From the NCBI GenBank assembly GCA_026413885.1, contig JAOAKA010000001.1, positions 374,075-438,074 on the forward strand: DNA of 64,000 nucleotides. Reading direction: 5' to 3'. Shown in pieces: positions 10,058 to 20,350 of the stretch (positions are counted from its first letter, which is position 1; each line of letters opens with the position of its first letter). A program made the translations under genes and the position numbers. Under the pieces are notes generated by a model. That model ran no database searches and was not told the origin of the DNA. It saw nothing but the letters and a program-made list of their open reading frames with translations. The stretch is from Sulfolobales archaeon (lineage in GTDB: Archaea > Thermoproteota > Thermoprotei_A > Sulfolobales > NBVN01).

Positions 10058-11299
10058 ATGTTTAAAGTCAGAGATGTAGCTCTAGCGGTTCAAGGAAGAT
10101 ACATGATTGAGTGGGCTGAGAAAAATATGCCGGTGCTTATGAAGATAAGGAGTGAGTTTAAAGAGACTAGGCCGCTGGTTGGAGTTAGAGTTGGAGCAGT
10201 GCTTCACGTAACGAAAGAAACAGCAGTACTCGCAAGAACACTAGTAGCTGGTGGAGCTGATGTCTGGTTAGCTGCTTCAAACCCACTCTCAACACAAGAC
10301 GAAGTAGCAGCAGCTCTAGCGGAAGAAAACATCAACGTTTTCGCATGGAGAGGTGAAACTGAAGAAGAGTATTTCTGGTGCATAGAGCGTATAGCTAACT
10401 CAAACCCCGATATAGTGATAGATGATGGAGGAGATCTTCACATATTTCTACACGAAAGAGCCCCAGATATCGCCAGTAGGGTTGTTGGAGGAACAGAAGA
10501 AACGACAACAGGAGTTATAAGACTCAGAGCCTTAGAAAATTCAGGAGTACTTAGATATCCCGTAATAGCTGTAAATGATTCAAAGACTAAGTACCTCTTC
10601 GACAATAGATATGGAACCGGACAATCAACTATAGACGGTATTATGAGAGCTACAAACATCTTAATAGCTGGAAAGATTGTCGTCGTGGCTGGATATGGTT
10701 GGGTAGGTAGAGGTATTGCTCTAAGAGCTAGAGGACTAGGTGCTAGAGTAGTTGTAACTGAAGTAGACCCTGTAAAAGCTCTAGAAGCAGTTATGGATGG
10801 TTTCAACGTAATGCCTATGTCTAAAGCCGCTGGAATCGGTGATATCTTCATTACAGCTACCGGCAGTATAGACGTTATTAGAGCCGAGCACATGCTCTCA
10901 ATGAAGGATGGAGCTATACTCGCTAACGCAGGACACTTCAATGTCGAAATAAGTGTTTCAAGTCTAGAGAACATAGCTGTATCGAAAAAAACTATTAGAG
11001 CTAATGTAATAGAGTATCTACTACCTAACGGACGAAGAGTGTATCTTCTAGCTGAAGGTAGGTTAGTTAATCTAGTAGCAGCAGAAGGACACCCAAGTGA
11101 GGTAATGGACTTGAGTTTCGCAAATCAAGCTCTCGCAGTCAAGTACCTAGTGGGGAATCGAGGTAAGATTGACGCTAAAGTCTACAGACTACCTGACGAT
11201 ATAGACAGTACTATAGCGAGACTGAAACTAACGTCTATGGGCATAGAAATAGATGCACTAACTGATAAGCAGTTAGAATATTTAAGGTCTTGGAAGTAG
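10058..11299 (+). CDS. ahcY: S-adenosyl-L-homocysteine hydrolase
   Basis: 413 aa with an NAD-binding GYGWVGRG motif. Family motifs are present throughout (DDGGDL, TEETTTG, NDSKTK..DNRYG). Confidence 0.95.
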   Translation: MFKVRDVALAVQGRYMIEWAEKNMPVLMKIRSEFKETRPLVGVRVGAVLHVTKETAVLARTLVAGGADVWLAASNPLSTQDEVAAALAEENINVFAWRGETEEEYFWCIERIANSNPDIVIDDGGDLHIFLHERAPDIASRVVGGTEETTTGVIRLRALENSGVLRYPVIAVNDSKTKYLFDNRYGTGQSTIDGIMRATNILIAGKIVVVAGYGWVGRGIALRARGLGARVVVTEVDPVKALEAVMDGFNVMPMSKAAGIGDIFITATGSIDVIRAEHMLSMKDGAILANAGHFNVEISVSSLENIAVSKKTIRANVIEYLLPNGRRVYLLAEGRLVNLVAAEGHPSEVMDLSFANQALAVKYLVGNRGKIDAKVYRLPDDIDSTIARLKLTSMGIEIDALTDKQLEYLRSWK

Positions 11300-11375
11300 T
11301 TTAAGCTATCTTAGCTATAAAAATGAAAAACTTTAACTTACAGCATCACCACTATGTGTGGAGAGTAGCTAGGGA

Positions 11376-13112
11376 GTGTGTGGGTGCCTACAGTTGGATG
11401 CCGAAGATATAGTAAATAAGTACTACCGGCTGATTACACTCACTCCCGGTAAGAGAGTCACATCGATCTCTCTATTGATAATTACTATAATGATATATGT
11501 GTCAGCCACATCTTTTCCAGCAAGAGATCTTGGAGTTTACGTTAAAGCACTTATTCTCTATCCGATAGAGGCACTACTATCAATAGCAATCCTACTGACT
11601 TCATTTAAACATACACACATACTCAATTTCAAGAGATCGGTGAACCTCACGACCGCTATTATGTTAATGACACTACCGGCTGAAGTTATCTTAAGTAGAT
11701 TCGCTGAGCTCAGAGGATTAGGACTATCGGTGAGTCCAGGTTTATTACTATTCATTCTTGCTAGCCTATATGAACTCAGGATCGCTACTCTACTATCATT
11801 ATACCCAATAGTGATAGTTTCAGTAGCTGGAAATCTAGTATTAGGCTACAGTCTACTTAAGACAGTTCTTCTAGCAGTATCTATGGGTTCAATATCTCTC
11901 CTAGTTGGAGTTCTAGCTTTATATTCAATTGAGTATTTAGGAAGAAATAGAGGTATATCTCCTCTTAAATCTACTAGAGCATTCATGAGGACCTGGCTTA
12001 CTGGAAACCACGAAGATCTTGAAGAACTTATTCGAAGTTTCGGTGTAACCGATAGAGTGCATATTAGAACTCTAGTTCTCAGACGAGAGCAAGGCGAACC
12101 TATAGCACTAGTCTTCCCCGATATTCACTTTGGTCCCTTTAGAAATGTAGGCTCATCCCGATTTATCTACACTTTAGAAGAAGGTTTAGAACCCAGTATG
12201 GAGGTCTTCGTCTTCCATACACCAGGATCTCACGAGAGAAATATTGCGACATCGTCAGAAAGCCATGAAGTCGCTAAGTCTGTAGCTTCTTCTATAAGAA
12301 GCTACTACAGTCAACTGGCTGATTACGCGATGTGTAAACCCGAGATAGTGAGAGAGGGAGAGTGGGAAGTTCACGTACTGAGGGGCCCTACATTACTAGC
12401 GTACTTCTTCACTAACATACATCAAGGCAACGACGACCTACCTTTTAGCATTTGGAGAAAGACTGAAGACATCTTTAAAGTAAATCGGGAACTAAACATA
12501 GTGGCTATAGCTGATTCTCACTCTGCTAAAGGACCTCCAATTAAAGATGGTGAAGAACTACTTCACTTAGTTGAGAGGATTGGAAGTGTGAATAAGTGTG
12601 TTGAAGAAGAAGTCTATGTTGGTTATAGTGAAGTTTCTGGGTTAGGGTGTCGTGAACTCTGCTACGATAAGGTGAAAGTATTGAGCTTCCGATTCAGTAG
12701 TGGAGAGAAGTATGCATTAGTTTATCTCTACGGCAATAATGTTGACCTAGAGACTAGAAATAACATCACCAACTTAATGAAGAGTCTAGGCTACAATGAA
12801 TCACTAGTTGTTACTCCAGACGACCACAGCTGTGCAGCATCATTTAAAGAAAGGCCTTACTATGTTGTCTCGGGTTGCTCTAGTCTCTATGAAGCTATAT
12901 CGAGAGCTGTTGAAAAAGCATCTGAAAATGAGTCTAGAGCGAGATACGTCACACTAGAAAACATATTCCACGAAGTCGAACTTGCTGGACAAAACATCTG
13001 GAGACTTACATCACTAATTGAAGACCTTGGGAGAACCGCCATGCGTACTTTACTTACAACTATAGCACTATCTAATGCTTTAGCCGCTTTATCGATAGCT
13101 TTAAAGTTCTAG
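11376..13112 (+). CDS. large membrane protein, DUF2070-like
   Basis: 578 aa: an N-terminal block of about 6 TM helices, a roughly 350-aa soluble domain and a C-terminal TM helix. The family assignment is from memory of the architecture. Confidence 0.55.
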   Translation: MCGCLQLDAEDIVNKYYRLITLTPGKRVTSISLLIITIMIYVSATSFPARDLGVYVKALILYPIEALLSIAILLTSFKHTHILNFKRSVNLTTAIMLMTLPAEVILSRFAELRGLGLSVSPGLLLFILASLYELRIATLLSLYPIVIVSVAGNLVLGYSLLKTVLLAVSMGSISLLVGVLALYSIEYLGRNRGISPLKSTRAFMRTWLTGNHEDLEELIRSFGVTDRVHIRTLVLRREQGEPIALVFPDIHFGPFRNVGSSRFIYTLEEGLEPSMEVFVFHTPGSHERNIATSSESHEVAKSVASSIRSYYSQLADYAMCKPEIVREGEWEVHVLRGPTLLAYFFTNIHQGNDDLPFSIWRKTEDIFKVNRELNIVAIADSHSAKGPPIKDGEELLHLVERIGSVNKCVEEEVYVGYSEVSGLGCRELCYDKVKVLSFRFSSGEKYALVYLYGNNVDLETRNNITNLMKSLGYNESLVVTPDDHSCAASFKERPYYVVSGCSSLYEAISRAVEKASENESRARYVTLENIFHEVELAGQNIWRLTSLIEDLGRTAMRTLLTTIALSNALAALSIALKF

Positions 13113-13130
13113 ACTATCTTATATGGGAAA

Positions 13131-14450
13131 ATGAAGCACTCAGTCATAATTAAAGACACTGTTCATAACTACATTAAAGTGTATGAGCACGAGAAATGTC
13201 TGGTAGACACCGCTCCACTTCAGAGACTTAGGAGAATTCTGCAGCTTCCCACGTCTCAGTACGTATATCCTTCAGCAACACACACTCGCTTCTCACACTC
13301 TCTCGGTGTAATGCACGTAGCTGGAGTTTTTGCTGAGAGTCTTTACTCTGAAGGAATTGAGGAATCTGAGAAGCTTAGACTCTACTTGATTTCCAGGCTG
13401 ATCGGTCTACTTCACGACATAGGTCACGGACCTTTCTCTCACACATTTGAAGACCACATCTTGATCAACTACGGATTAAATCATGAAGTACTCGGCAGTA
13501 AGATATTGAGAGAGAGCCCGGAGATTGTTAAATGCTTCGAAAAACACATAGAGAAAGAGTTCAACGTAACTCTCGAACAGATCTCAAAATCTATTGAAGC
13601 ACCAGTTATAGAAGCGTGGCCTCTTCACTCTAAGGTTGGTGAATACCGTGAGAGCTCTCTATACTACATAATCAAGGGTCCCTACAGTGCTGATATAGTT
13701 GATTACCTACTTAGAGATTCGTATCACACTGGAGCAAATTACGGACTAGGTCTCGACTGGACTAGATTAGCATATCATTCTAAAGCTGTAGGTGATACTA
13801 TAGCACTAGAGTATAAGGCTCGAGACGTCTTAGACCACCTGCTTTTCGCTAGGCTGTACATGTTTAAGACAGTATACTATCACAAAACTTCTAGAGCTTT
13901 CGATAAGGTTTTGGGGAATATACTTCAGAAAGTTGAACACATACTCAAGATACCGGAAGCCATCGAGAAACCTGATCTATATATCGAATTAGATGATGAC
14001 TACATTCTAGCTAACCCCGAAGTTAGAAAACTAGAAGAAACAAGGTATATACTACGTCGAGAGGTTCCCTATAAACTAGTCTACGAAATCATACAACCTC
14101 TAGAGAAGATTTCAGCTGCTTTAATAAAGATTGGGAAAAGTTTGATCGAGAAAATTATTGGGGAAGCCTTCATAGAGCTAACAGGTGTATCAGACCCTAC
14201 AGCTGTTTTTGTAGATAGTCCTAGACTACCGACAAATCCGATGTTTGAGGAAGCCGAAATAAATATCCTCAAACCCGACGGAAGCATTGTTAGAACACCA
14301 ATTAGAGAAACTATAGCTGGAATAATGCCTCACGAAGTAAGCTTCTTTCGGATATATCTTCATAGAGAGTATATAGAACACCTAGATAAATTAAGAACAC
14401 AAGTAGCTTCTCTATTCGGAAGCTCAGTAGAGCTACGCCCATTTTACTAA
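13131..14450 (+). CDS. HD-domain phosphohydrolase (COG1078, SAMHD1-like dNTPase family)
   Basis: Motifs TRFSHSLGV, LLHDIGHGPFSH, DYLLRDSYHTG and YYHKT. Confidence 0.85.
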   Translation: MKHSVIIKDTVHNYIKVYEHEKCLVDTAPLQRLRRILQLPTSQYVYPSATHTRFSHSLGVMHVAGVFAESLYSEGIEESEKLRLYLISRLIGLLHDIGHGPFSHTFEDHILINYGLNHEVLGSKILRESPEIVKCFEKHIEKEFNVTLEQISKSIEAPVIEAWPLHSKVGEYRESSLYYIIKGPYSADIVDYLLRDSYHTGANYGLGLDWTRLAYHSKAVGDTIALEYKARDVLDHLLFARLYMFKTVYYHKTSRAFDKVLGNILQKVEHILKIPEAIEKPDLYIELDDDYILANPEVRKLEETRYILRREVPYKLVYEIIQPLEKISAALIKIGKSLIEKIIGEAFIELTGVSDPTAVFVDSPRLPTNPMFEEAEINILKPDGSIVRTPIRETIAGIMPHEVSFFRIYLHREYIEHLDKLRTQVASLFGSSVELRPFY

Positions 14451-14458
14451 GTGGTAAG

Positions 14459-15532
14459 CTAACTAACGTCTTCAAAATCTATCTTCAGTTTTCTCGCTAT
14501 TTCGTAAGCTCTATATAGCTCCTCTCTAGTTAATCTACGAGCAATATCTGAATATTTATTTGAGTGTCTTAAGACTAAGTACTCAGGTCTATACTGCTCC
14601 ATAATATTGACTAGCGCCGTAGGACAGTCTATAGCTATCCACTCAAGTACAGGCGTAGTGCAGCAATCTATGTGGTTAGGCATTACTAAGTGTCTTATTA
14701 TTATCGGGTCTCTAGAGTCACAGACCATCTTGAGGTTTCTAGCCACCACATTGAAGTAGTTTTTAACTAGGGAGAGACGAGCCGCGCAGGAGTTATTACC
14801 GTACTTAAAGTCCGGTAGCCAGATATCGATTACATCGAGAAGTAGCTTCATAGCTTCTTCTGTAAGATACATGTTGCTATTCCAGAGCTGTGGTACATTA
14901 TTTCTCACGTATTTGAGGGAACTAAGTATAGTGTATATATTCGGTGTTGGTTCACCACCAACGTGATTTATGTTTCTAGCTCCTTCAACTCTTAAGTAGT
15001 CTTGAATTGAAGCTAGTTCTTCAGCAGTAACCCTGATACCACTAAACGGATATTCCTGAGATATATCGTGATTTTGACAGAAAACACATCTGAAATTACA
15101 TGAACCATAGAATATTGTTCCACTAGGCACGAGTGGGGGTTCCTCACCTACGTGTAGAAAGTAAGATGATACATATGTTTCACTAGTAAGACGACAAAAA
15201 CCTCTCGAACCCCCTAGCCTGTTGACCCCACATCTCCACTCACAGAAGTGGCACTTCTCCACGATCCTTCTAGCAATCTCGATTTTTACGTCTAGATAGC
15301 TTACATTAGGTTTCTCAAGCTTCGAGACCTCGGAGATGTTTAGCTTACCGTTTTTAGCTTGATTGAGTAGTTTTCTAAATTCTCTCGATAAGCTATCGTG
15401 AAGTTCCCACAGTTCTTCAAGGCCTTCTCCGCCTAGACCGTCTTTAACGCCTACATATCTAGCTAGAACAAATTTAGCGGGAACCTTATTTACCATGACG
15501 TCGTAGTACCATGAAAGTTTTTCTCTTACCAC
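14459..15532 (-). CDS. radical SAM protein, PflX-like (pyruvate formate-lyase activase homologue)
   Basis: CNFRCVFCQN radical-SAM cluster motif, plus an upstream Cys cluster CHFCEWRCGVNR...GFC. Confidence 0.8.
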   Translation of the reverse strand: MVREKLSWYYDVMVNKVPAKFVLARYVGVKDGLGGEGLEELWELHDSLSREFRKLLNQAKNGKLNISEVSKLEKPNVSYLDVKIEIARRIVEKCHFCEWRCGVNRLGGSRGFCRLTSETYVSSYFLHVGEEPPLVPSGTIFYGSCNFRCVFCQNHDISQEYPFSGIRVTAEELASIQDYLRVEGARNINHVGGEPTPNIYTILSSLKYVRNNVPQLWNSNMYLTEEAMKLLLDVIDIWLPDFKYGNNSCAARLSLVKNYFNVVARNLKMVCDSRDPIIIRHLVMPNHIDCCTTPVLEWIAIDCPTALVNIMEQYRPEYLVLRHSNKYSDIARRLTREELYRAYEIARKLKIDFEDVS

Positions 15533-15664
15533 CTTACTTTTCCAAACAGTGATAGAATCTGGTCTCAGAAACTCCCAGTGCTTAATCTATCTCCCCAATA
15601 TCCAATTCTAAGGCGGTTCTTAAGCTTTAAGTACTGATTTACACTTACTCAGTCGGCAGCACGT

Positions 15665-16111
15665 ATGCCGGAGTGCTCTACTAGAGAATTTAAACCTGAA
15701 GACCTGCGGAGAGTTTGCGAGATAGAACTTAGATCGTTTTCACATCCCTATCCATGTCAACTCTTCCTTGTTTACTACTACCTCTTCCCAAAGCTCTTCT
15801 TAGTAGCTGAATGCGATAACTTAGTAGTTGGATACGCCGTAGGTGTTGTAGAAAATGGTGATAAAGGTCATCTGGCTTCAATAGCTGTCGACGAGAACTA
15901 TAGAGGTAGGGGTTTAGGTAGGGCACTTATTGAAGAATTTGAAGCTAGGATTAAAACTTTAGGAGTTTTCAAAGTGTATCTCGAGGTCTCCATAAGAAAC
16001 GAGGTAGCTATTTCCCTATATAGAAAACTTGGATATAGTGTGGTAGGACTTCTTCGCAAGTACTACCCGGACGGAGAAGATGCTTACTTAATGCTTAAAG
16101 AACTTAAGTAG
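15665..16111 (+). CDS. rimI: GNAT N-acetyltransferase, RimI/Ard1-type
   Basis: 148 aa with the acetyl-CoA motif RGRGLGRALI and a typical RimI length. The 3' end overlaps the convergent HD gene. Confidence 0.8.
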   Translation: MPECSTREFKPEDLRRVCEIELRSFSHPYPCQLFLVYYYLFPKLFLVAECDNLVVGYAVGVVENGDKGHLASIAVDENYRGRGLGRALIEEFEARIKTLGVFKVYLEVSIRNEVAISLYRKLGYSVVGLLRKYYPDGEDAYLMLKELK

Positions 16112-17341
16112 AGCCGCTCTTACTTCTTCCACGTATTCTGGAAGAACGTAGAGTCTGGTAAAGCAGACATGAGAAGGTATATACCTCACTATGCTTTCTT
16201 CTATATCTACTATCTTCTGTTCAACACCTTCTACCACCACTCTAGCCGGTCTCTCTAGTGTATAAACTGGAACTGCTTCAACGAAGATAGCAGCCTTAGG
16301 CGGAATTAATGAGGTTTCAGACTCTATAAAAGCTCTTAACTCACTAAATTTAGTAGCAATTTCTCTATAACTCCAACACATTCTAACGTCACTTACTACT
16401 GCTTTATAGCCTCTTCTATTCAGTAATCTAAATATCAGACTTTCAGCTTCTGGTGAAAGCACTTTTTTACTTAGAGCATAGTTCAGTAATCCCGATACTA
16501 GATAGTCGTCCCACAAGTAGTAGTAACCCTCTCTAATAGCATTCAAGATCCCTTGGGGACTTACATAAGGTTCTAACACATCTCTTAACTCCCCATACCT
16601 CAGTAATTCAGAGTATATGTTTCTCAAGAGGATTTGATATCCTGTAATTGTCTTATGGTAATAGACTGCTTTATACATGTGCAGTCTGGCTATATAGAAA
16701 CTTTCGAGAGCATTGAGCGCCTTGAGGGGAACCGTCATCCCAGAGCTACCCGGAGTTAGAAATAGTGCTAGCCTGTGAAGATCTATATTTCCATACGCGA
16801 CACCAGTGTGGTATGCATCTCTCGGAAGATAATCTAATCTATCCACATCTATATCGCTAGATATCATGTCGTTTAAAACACCCGAACTACTTCTACCTCT
16901 TAAAACTGAGATTACCTCGCTAAAACTAATTCCATACTTCTCCATGACCTCTCTCAACTCTGGATCGCTTGCTATGACTTGTTCGACAAGATCTCCTGAT
17001 TCAGTACCCCATAGCTCTGTAATTAGTGGTTCTAGTGAGTGCGAGTAAGGTGCGTGACCAATATCGTGGAGTAGAGCACATACTTTAACTAGAGAAACAT
17101 CGTCTCTACTTATATAGCCGCTCTCACTCAATCTCTGAGCAATTAATTCAGCTATATACATAGAGCCGAGTGTGTGAGAGAATCTAGTGTGTGTCGCACC
17201 TGGGTATACATACCATGCGAATGGAAGCTGTCTAATTCTTCTTAATCTCTGAAATACCTTAGTTGAAACTATGTCTCTAAAAACGCCGGCAAGCTTTATA
17301 TATCCATGGAGCTCGTCGTAAACATAAACAGTCTTCTCCAC
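16088..17341 (-). CDS. HD-domain phosphohydrolase (second COG1078 paralogue)
   Basis: TRFSHTLGS, LLHDIGHAPYSH, DYLPRDAYHTG and YYHKT. It is clearly paralogous to 13131..14450. Confidence 0.85.
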   Translation of the reverse strand: MEKTVYVYDELHGYIKLAGVFRDIVSTKVFQRLRRIRQLPFAWYVYPGATHTRFSHTLGSMYIAELIAQRLSESGYISRDDVSLVKVCALLHDIGHAPYSHSLEPLITELWGTESGDLVEQVIASDPELREVMEKYGISFSEVISVLRGRSSSGVLNDMISSDIDVDRLDYLPRDAYHTGVAYGNIDLHRLALFLTPGSSGMTVPLKALNALESFYIARLHMYKAVYYHKTITGYQILLRNIYSELLRYGELRDVLEPYVSPQGILNAIREGYYYLWDDYLVSGLLNYALSKKVLSPEAESLIFRLLNRRGYKAVVSDVRMCWSYREIATKFSELRAFIESETSLIPPKAAIFVEAVPVYTLERPARVVVEGVEQKIVDIEESIVRYIPSHVCFTRLYVLPEYVEEVRAALLKFFKH

Positions 17342-17931
17342 AGTGTTAACCCAGAATATCTCACCGGAAACCTATATAGTCATCTAAATGCTGTACACCT
17401 GCCGACACACAGTTTAGAACTTAGCTGTAGAGAACGCTATTCAGCTATATTCTACAGTTGTGAAGCACTGTGATGACTCTCACAGATCGAGATGAGAGTT
17501 AGTGTCGGTCACAGCTAATTAACTAGCTGACACAGCTCAAACTAGTGGTAAGATGGTAGTAAGGTACATCAGAAAACGAATCGTAGATTCACTTAAATAA
17601 ATCGAAATCAGATATTGCCATGAGACTACACTGCAGATGTGAAAAGATTATAACACACTTGAAACACAGTAGTGAGTCAGCAATAGATATCGCAAGTAAA
17701 GAGTTTCTGCCGAAGTAGATGAGTGTTCGCGTTTAAGATGATTCTCAACTAAGAATTCGAAATCTCAATATGATGCGTAGTATACAATTTCACACTTAGA
17801 TTAAAGATGTGGAACAGTGCTTCATTACTGTAGCTGATCCAGCTATCTCAATAAATTATGTGGTGAAGTTCCGAAAAAATAAATAAGTATGAGAGGTTAT
17901 TCTTTTCAAACTGCCCCTCTAGAACTCGACA

Positions 17932-18609
17932 CTATGTTTCCAATAATTCTCTGAGAATTCTTGCCAGCAGCGTTCTTGGTATTATTACTGGTCTCTTGGA
18001 GACTGCTGCCACCACTTTCTTAGCTTCAGAAGTAAAGCCTATGCAGTCTAAAACAATTAGATCACATTCCCTCAATTCTTCTGCGGCCTTTGCGAGAGCA
18101 TCTATGGTTTCTGAGTACGGTGATGTACTAACAACTTTAATTTCTCTTGCCGCTCTACTCCATTTCTTTATAGTTAGATCTATTTGTGTAGGATTAGGTA
18201 CTATTATACCCAGGTTAGTAACCTTAAGAGATTCAACAACTTTAAGTAGGAGGTCTGAAGGTTCTATTAGAAGCTTTTTTGACTTCAGCTCCGGGAACTC
18301 ACCTGTGCATAGCAGTCCCAGCAAATCTACTTCTGGTTCTAGCCTATCTATACATTTCTGCATCAGTGAGAGTATCCGTTCTCGCGACACCATGACTTCA
18401 GAACCGTCTCTGAGCCTAGTCACAAGTATATATTCTCCACTTCTAGGGGCTAGTGAGGCTATTTCCTCCTTACTTAGTCTGTCTAGCGCACCACACTCAA
18501 CTACCTCGACATCAGTACTCTCTAAGATCTTTCTAATCTCAGGCACTACATCTACTCTAGGTGATTGACCTATAGTAATCAGTCCAACTCTCTTCAAGGA
18601 TTTCACCAA
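17932..18609 (-). CDS. AroM family protein
   Basis: N-terminal GLITIGQSPRVD motif and a roughly 225-aa length, as in the AroM family (function unknown). Confidence 0.65.
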   Translation of the reverse strand: MVKSLKRVGLITIGQSPRVDVVPEIRKILESTDVEVVECGALDRLSKEEIASLAPRSGEYILVTRLRDGSEVMVSRERILSLMQKCIDRLEPEVDLLGLLCTGEFPELKSKKLLIEPSDLLLKVVESLKVTNLGIIVPNPTQIDLTIKKWSRAAREIKVVSTSPYSETIDALAKAAEELRECDLIVLDCIGFTSEAKKVVAAVSKRPVIIPRTLLARILRELLET

Positions 18610-19676
18610 AGCTTTTTACCTACTACAACTTCGACCTGCTTTATTATCTCGGGATCTTTAACACCGGCGCCCAGCGGCACGAGATCTTTCGGGACCATCA
18701 TCAATACTACTTTATCACCTATCTTAATCTCCGCAGAGGTCAGTGGGAGAGATGTCTCTGTATTTAGTGTAACTATTAAATCTGGGAATGTAGCAAGCCT
18801 AGCACCCCCTATCTCCTCTAGAGTCATGTACTCGTTCCAGAACAACACCTCGAAATATTTTGACTCACCTCTAATGACTATTCTCCCGATGTCATACCCA
18901 CCGCGTGTTTCAAGAAAAACAGACTCTACAGTGCCTTTATCTACTACCTGCCCACCACCTAAGTACTCGATCACGCTAAATGCGATAGCTTCTGCGTCTC
19001 CATAGTGCTTCTGCATAATTTTACCGACTTCCATAGCTTTACTTAATCCACCAACTGCCGCATTTTCTTTCAAATATTCTGGGTTGACGGGATTACGAGT
19101 TACAGCAACCATGCCACCTGCTTGAACTGAGGCTTCTCTAACAAGTCTATCTACTCTTGCTAGAGATCCAGCTGCTACTAGCTCGACGTAGGTTCCCGCT
19201 TCTCTACTCCCACCTACAGCTGCTTGAATCGATAAATAGTCCTTAACTCTATGTAAACCCATAGACCCCATTACACCAGTCGGGTGTGCTCTACCGTCAG
19301 CCGGCGCATCGACTACTGGAATGTTCAGAACCGCTGCCGGAATCCAGCCGTTGGCTGTAGACGCACCTCCATTCTCAGAAGATATAAAACCACTTATACA
19401 GACCTTAGCACGATCCCTCAAGAGCTCCGCAGACCTCACCATATGAGTAGGCTTTACGTACTTCTCCTTAGCCGCTGGAGCTCCAACTAATGACGCAGTA
19501 ACTACTAAACTCTCCGATGGAAGCTCGTCTAAGTCAACTATATAGAGATCTCCCAACTCTACAGCGAGTTTTGCGGTCATCAACCCTGTCTTAATATCAC
19601 CCCCACCTCCTCCACCGAAAAACGATCCTCCAAGTATTGCTGCTTCAGCTACTTTCTCATCTATCTTTATCTTCAT
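18603..19676 (-). CDS. DUF917-like protein (hydantoinase-associated family)
   Basis: 357 aa with an N-terminal glycine run ILGGSFFGGGGGGD and a two-domain layout. The assignment is from motif memory only. Confidence 0.5.
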   Translation of the reverse strand: MKIKIDEKVAEAAILGGSFFGGGGGGDIKTGLMTAKLAVELGDLYIVDLDELPSESLVVTASLVGAPAAKEKYVKPTHMVRSAELLRDRAKVCISGFISSENGGASTANGWIPAAVLNIPVVDAPADGRAHPTGVMGSMGLHRVKDYLSIQAAVGGSREAGTYVELVAAGSLARVDRLVREASVQAGGMVAVTRNPVNPEYLKENAAVGGLSKAMEVGKIMQKHYGDAEAIAFSVIEYLGGGQVVDKGTVESVFLETRGGYDIGRIVIRGESKYFEVLFWNEYMTLEEIGGARLATFPDLIVTLNTETSLPLTSAEIKIGDKVVLMMVPKDLVPLGAGVKDPEIIKQVEVVVGKKLW

Positions 19677-20350
19677 TTACCACCACCTAATGCTTTCTGC
19701 CTCAACATACCTAGAGTTACAGCACCCGCAGCTATTACTGGGTCAACTACTGGGACTCCAGCTAATCTTTCAGCAACTCTTGAGAATCCAATCGTAGAAT
19801 ACCCTGTGCAGGCTAGTAAGATCACATCAACATCGCGTTTTAAGAGCTCCTCTAAAATCTTTCTAGCTGCCTCTATACCCCAACCAGTCATTAAGTCGAG
19901 AGTATTTCTCACTCCTTCAGGTTTCGCTTCAGCAACTAGGTGTTTCCCTAGAATATCTCTGACGACCTCCGGAGTTTCCTCAGCTAGATTTAACACTCCA
20001 ACTCTATCTCCATAGGTTAGTGCGAGTGAAGCTGCTGCGGAACCGGCACCTACAACAGGAATTCTCAACAGCTTTCTAGATTCTCTAACAGCCGGATCAG
20101 CTGCGCAGCTGACTATGACTGCTTCAACCCCTTCTCTCTCGAGTTCCTTAGCTAACTTAATTATCTTAGGTTTAGCTACCTCTTCAGATTCGCGGTCATA
20201 GATTCCCATCGGCTGATCTTCAATGCTCCTACTGATAACTCTCAACTCCGGGAAAGCCGACTCTACGATCTTTCCGTGAAGATTGAGCAGTTCTTCATCT
20301 CTAATAGTTATGACTCTTATCAACCCGATAACGTGCCTCATAGAGTTCAC
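19673..20350 (-). CDS. Asp/Glu/hydantoin racemase family protein
   Basis: 225 aa with two conserved Cys-containing segments (VIVSCAADP and ILLACTGYS), typical of this racemase family. Confidence 0.7.
   Translation of the reverse strand: MNSMRHVIGLIRVITIRDEELLNLHGKIVESAFPELRVISRSIEDQPMGIYDRESEEVAKPKIIKLAKELEREGVEAVIVSCAADPAVRESRKLLRIPVVGAGSAAASLALTYGDRVGVLNLAEETPEVVRDILGKHLVAEAKPEGVRNTLDLMTGWGIEAARKILEELLKRDVDVILLACTGYSTIGFSRVAERLAGVPVVDPVIAAGAVTLGMLRQKALGGGK

Noticed and set aside
10438-10974. A 178-aa minus-strand ORF inside ahcY.
   Set aside because: It is antisense to a highly conserved SAH hydrolase gene, and its composition is typical of a shadow ORF.
17460-17850. C/D-box sRNA candidates (GTGATGA ... 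CTGA and ATGATGC ... CTGA).
   Set aside because: The guide and spacer lengths between boxes do not fit archaeal C/D sRNA architecture: the second spacer is about 28 nt, there are no clear C'/D' boxes and no terminal stem.
17996-19005. Plus-strand ORFs 17996..18568 and 18565..19005.
   Set aside because: They are antisense to the AroM and DUF917-like genes. They are Ser/Thr-rich and low-complexity, with no start context.
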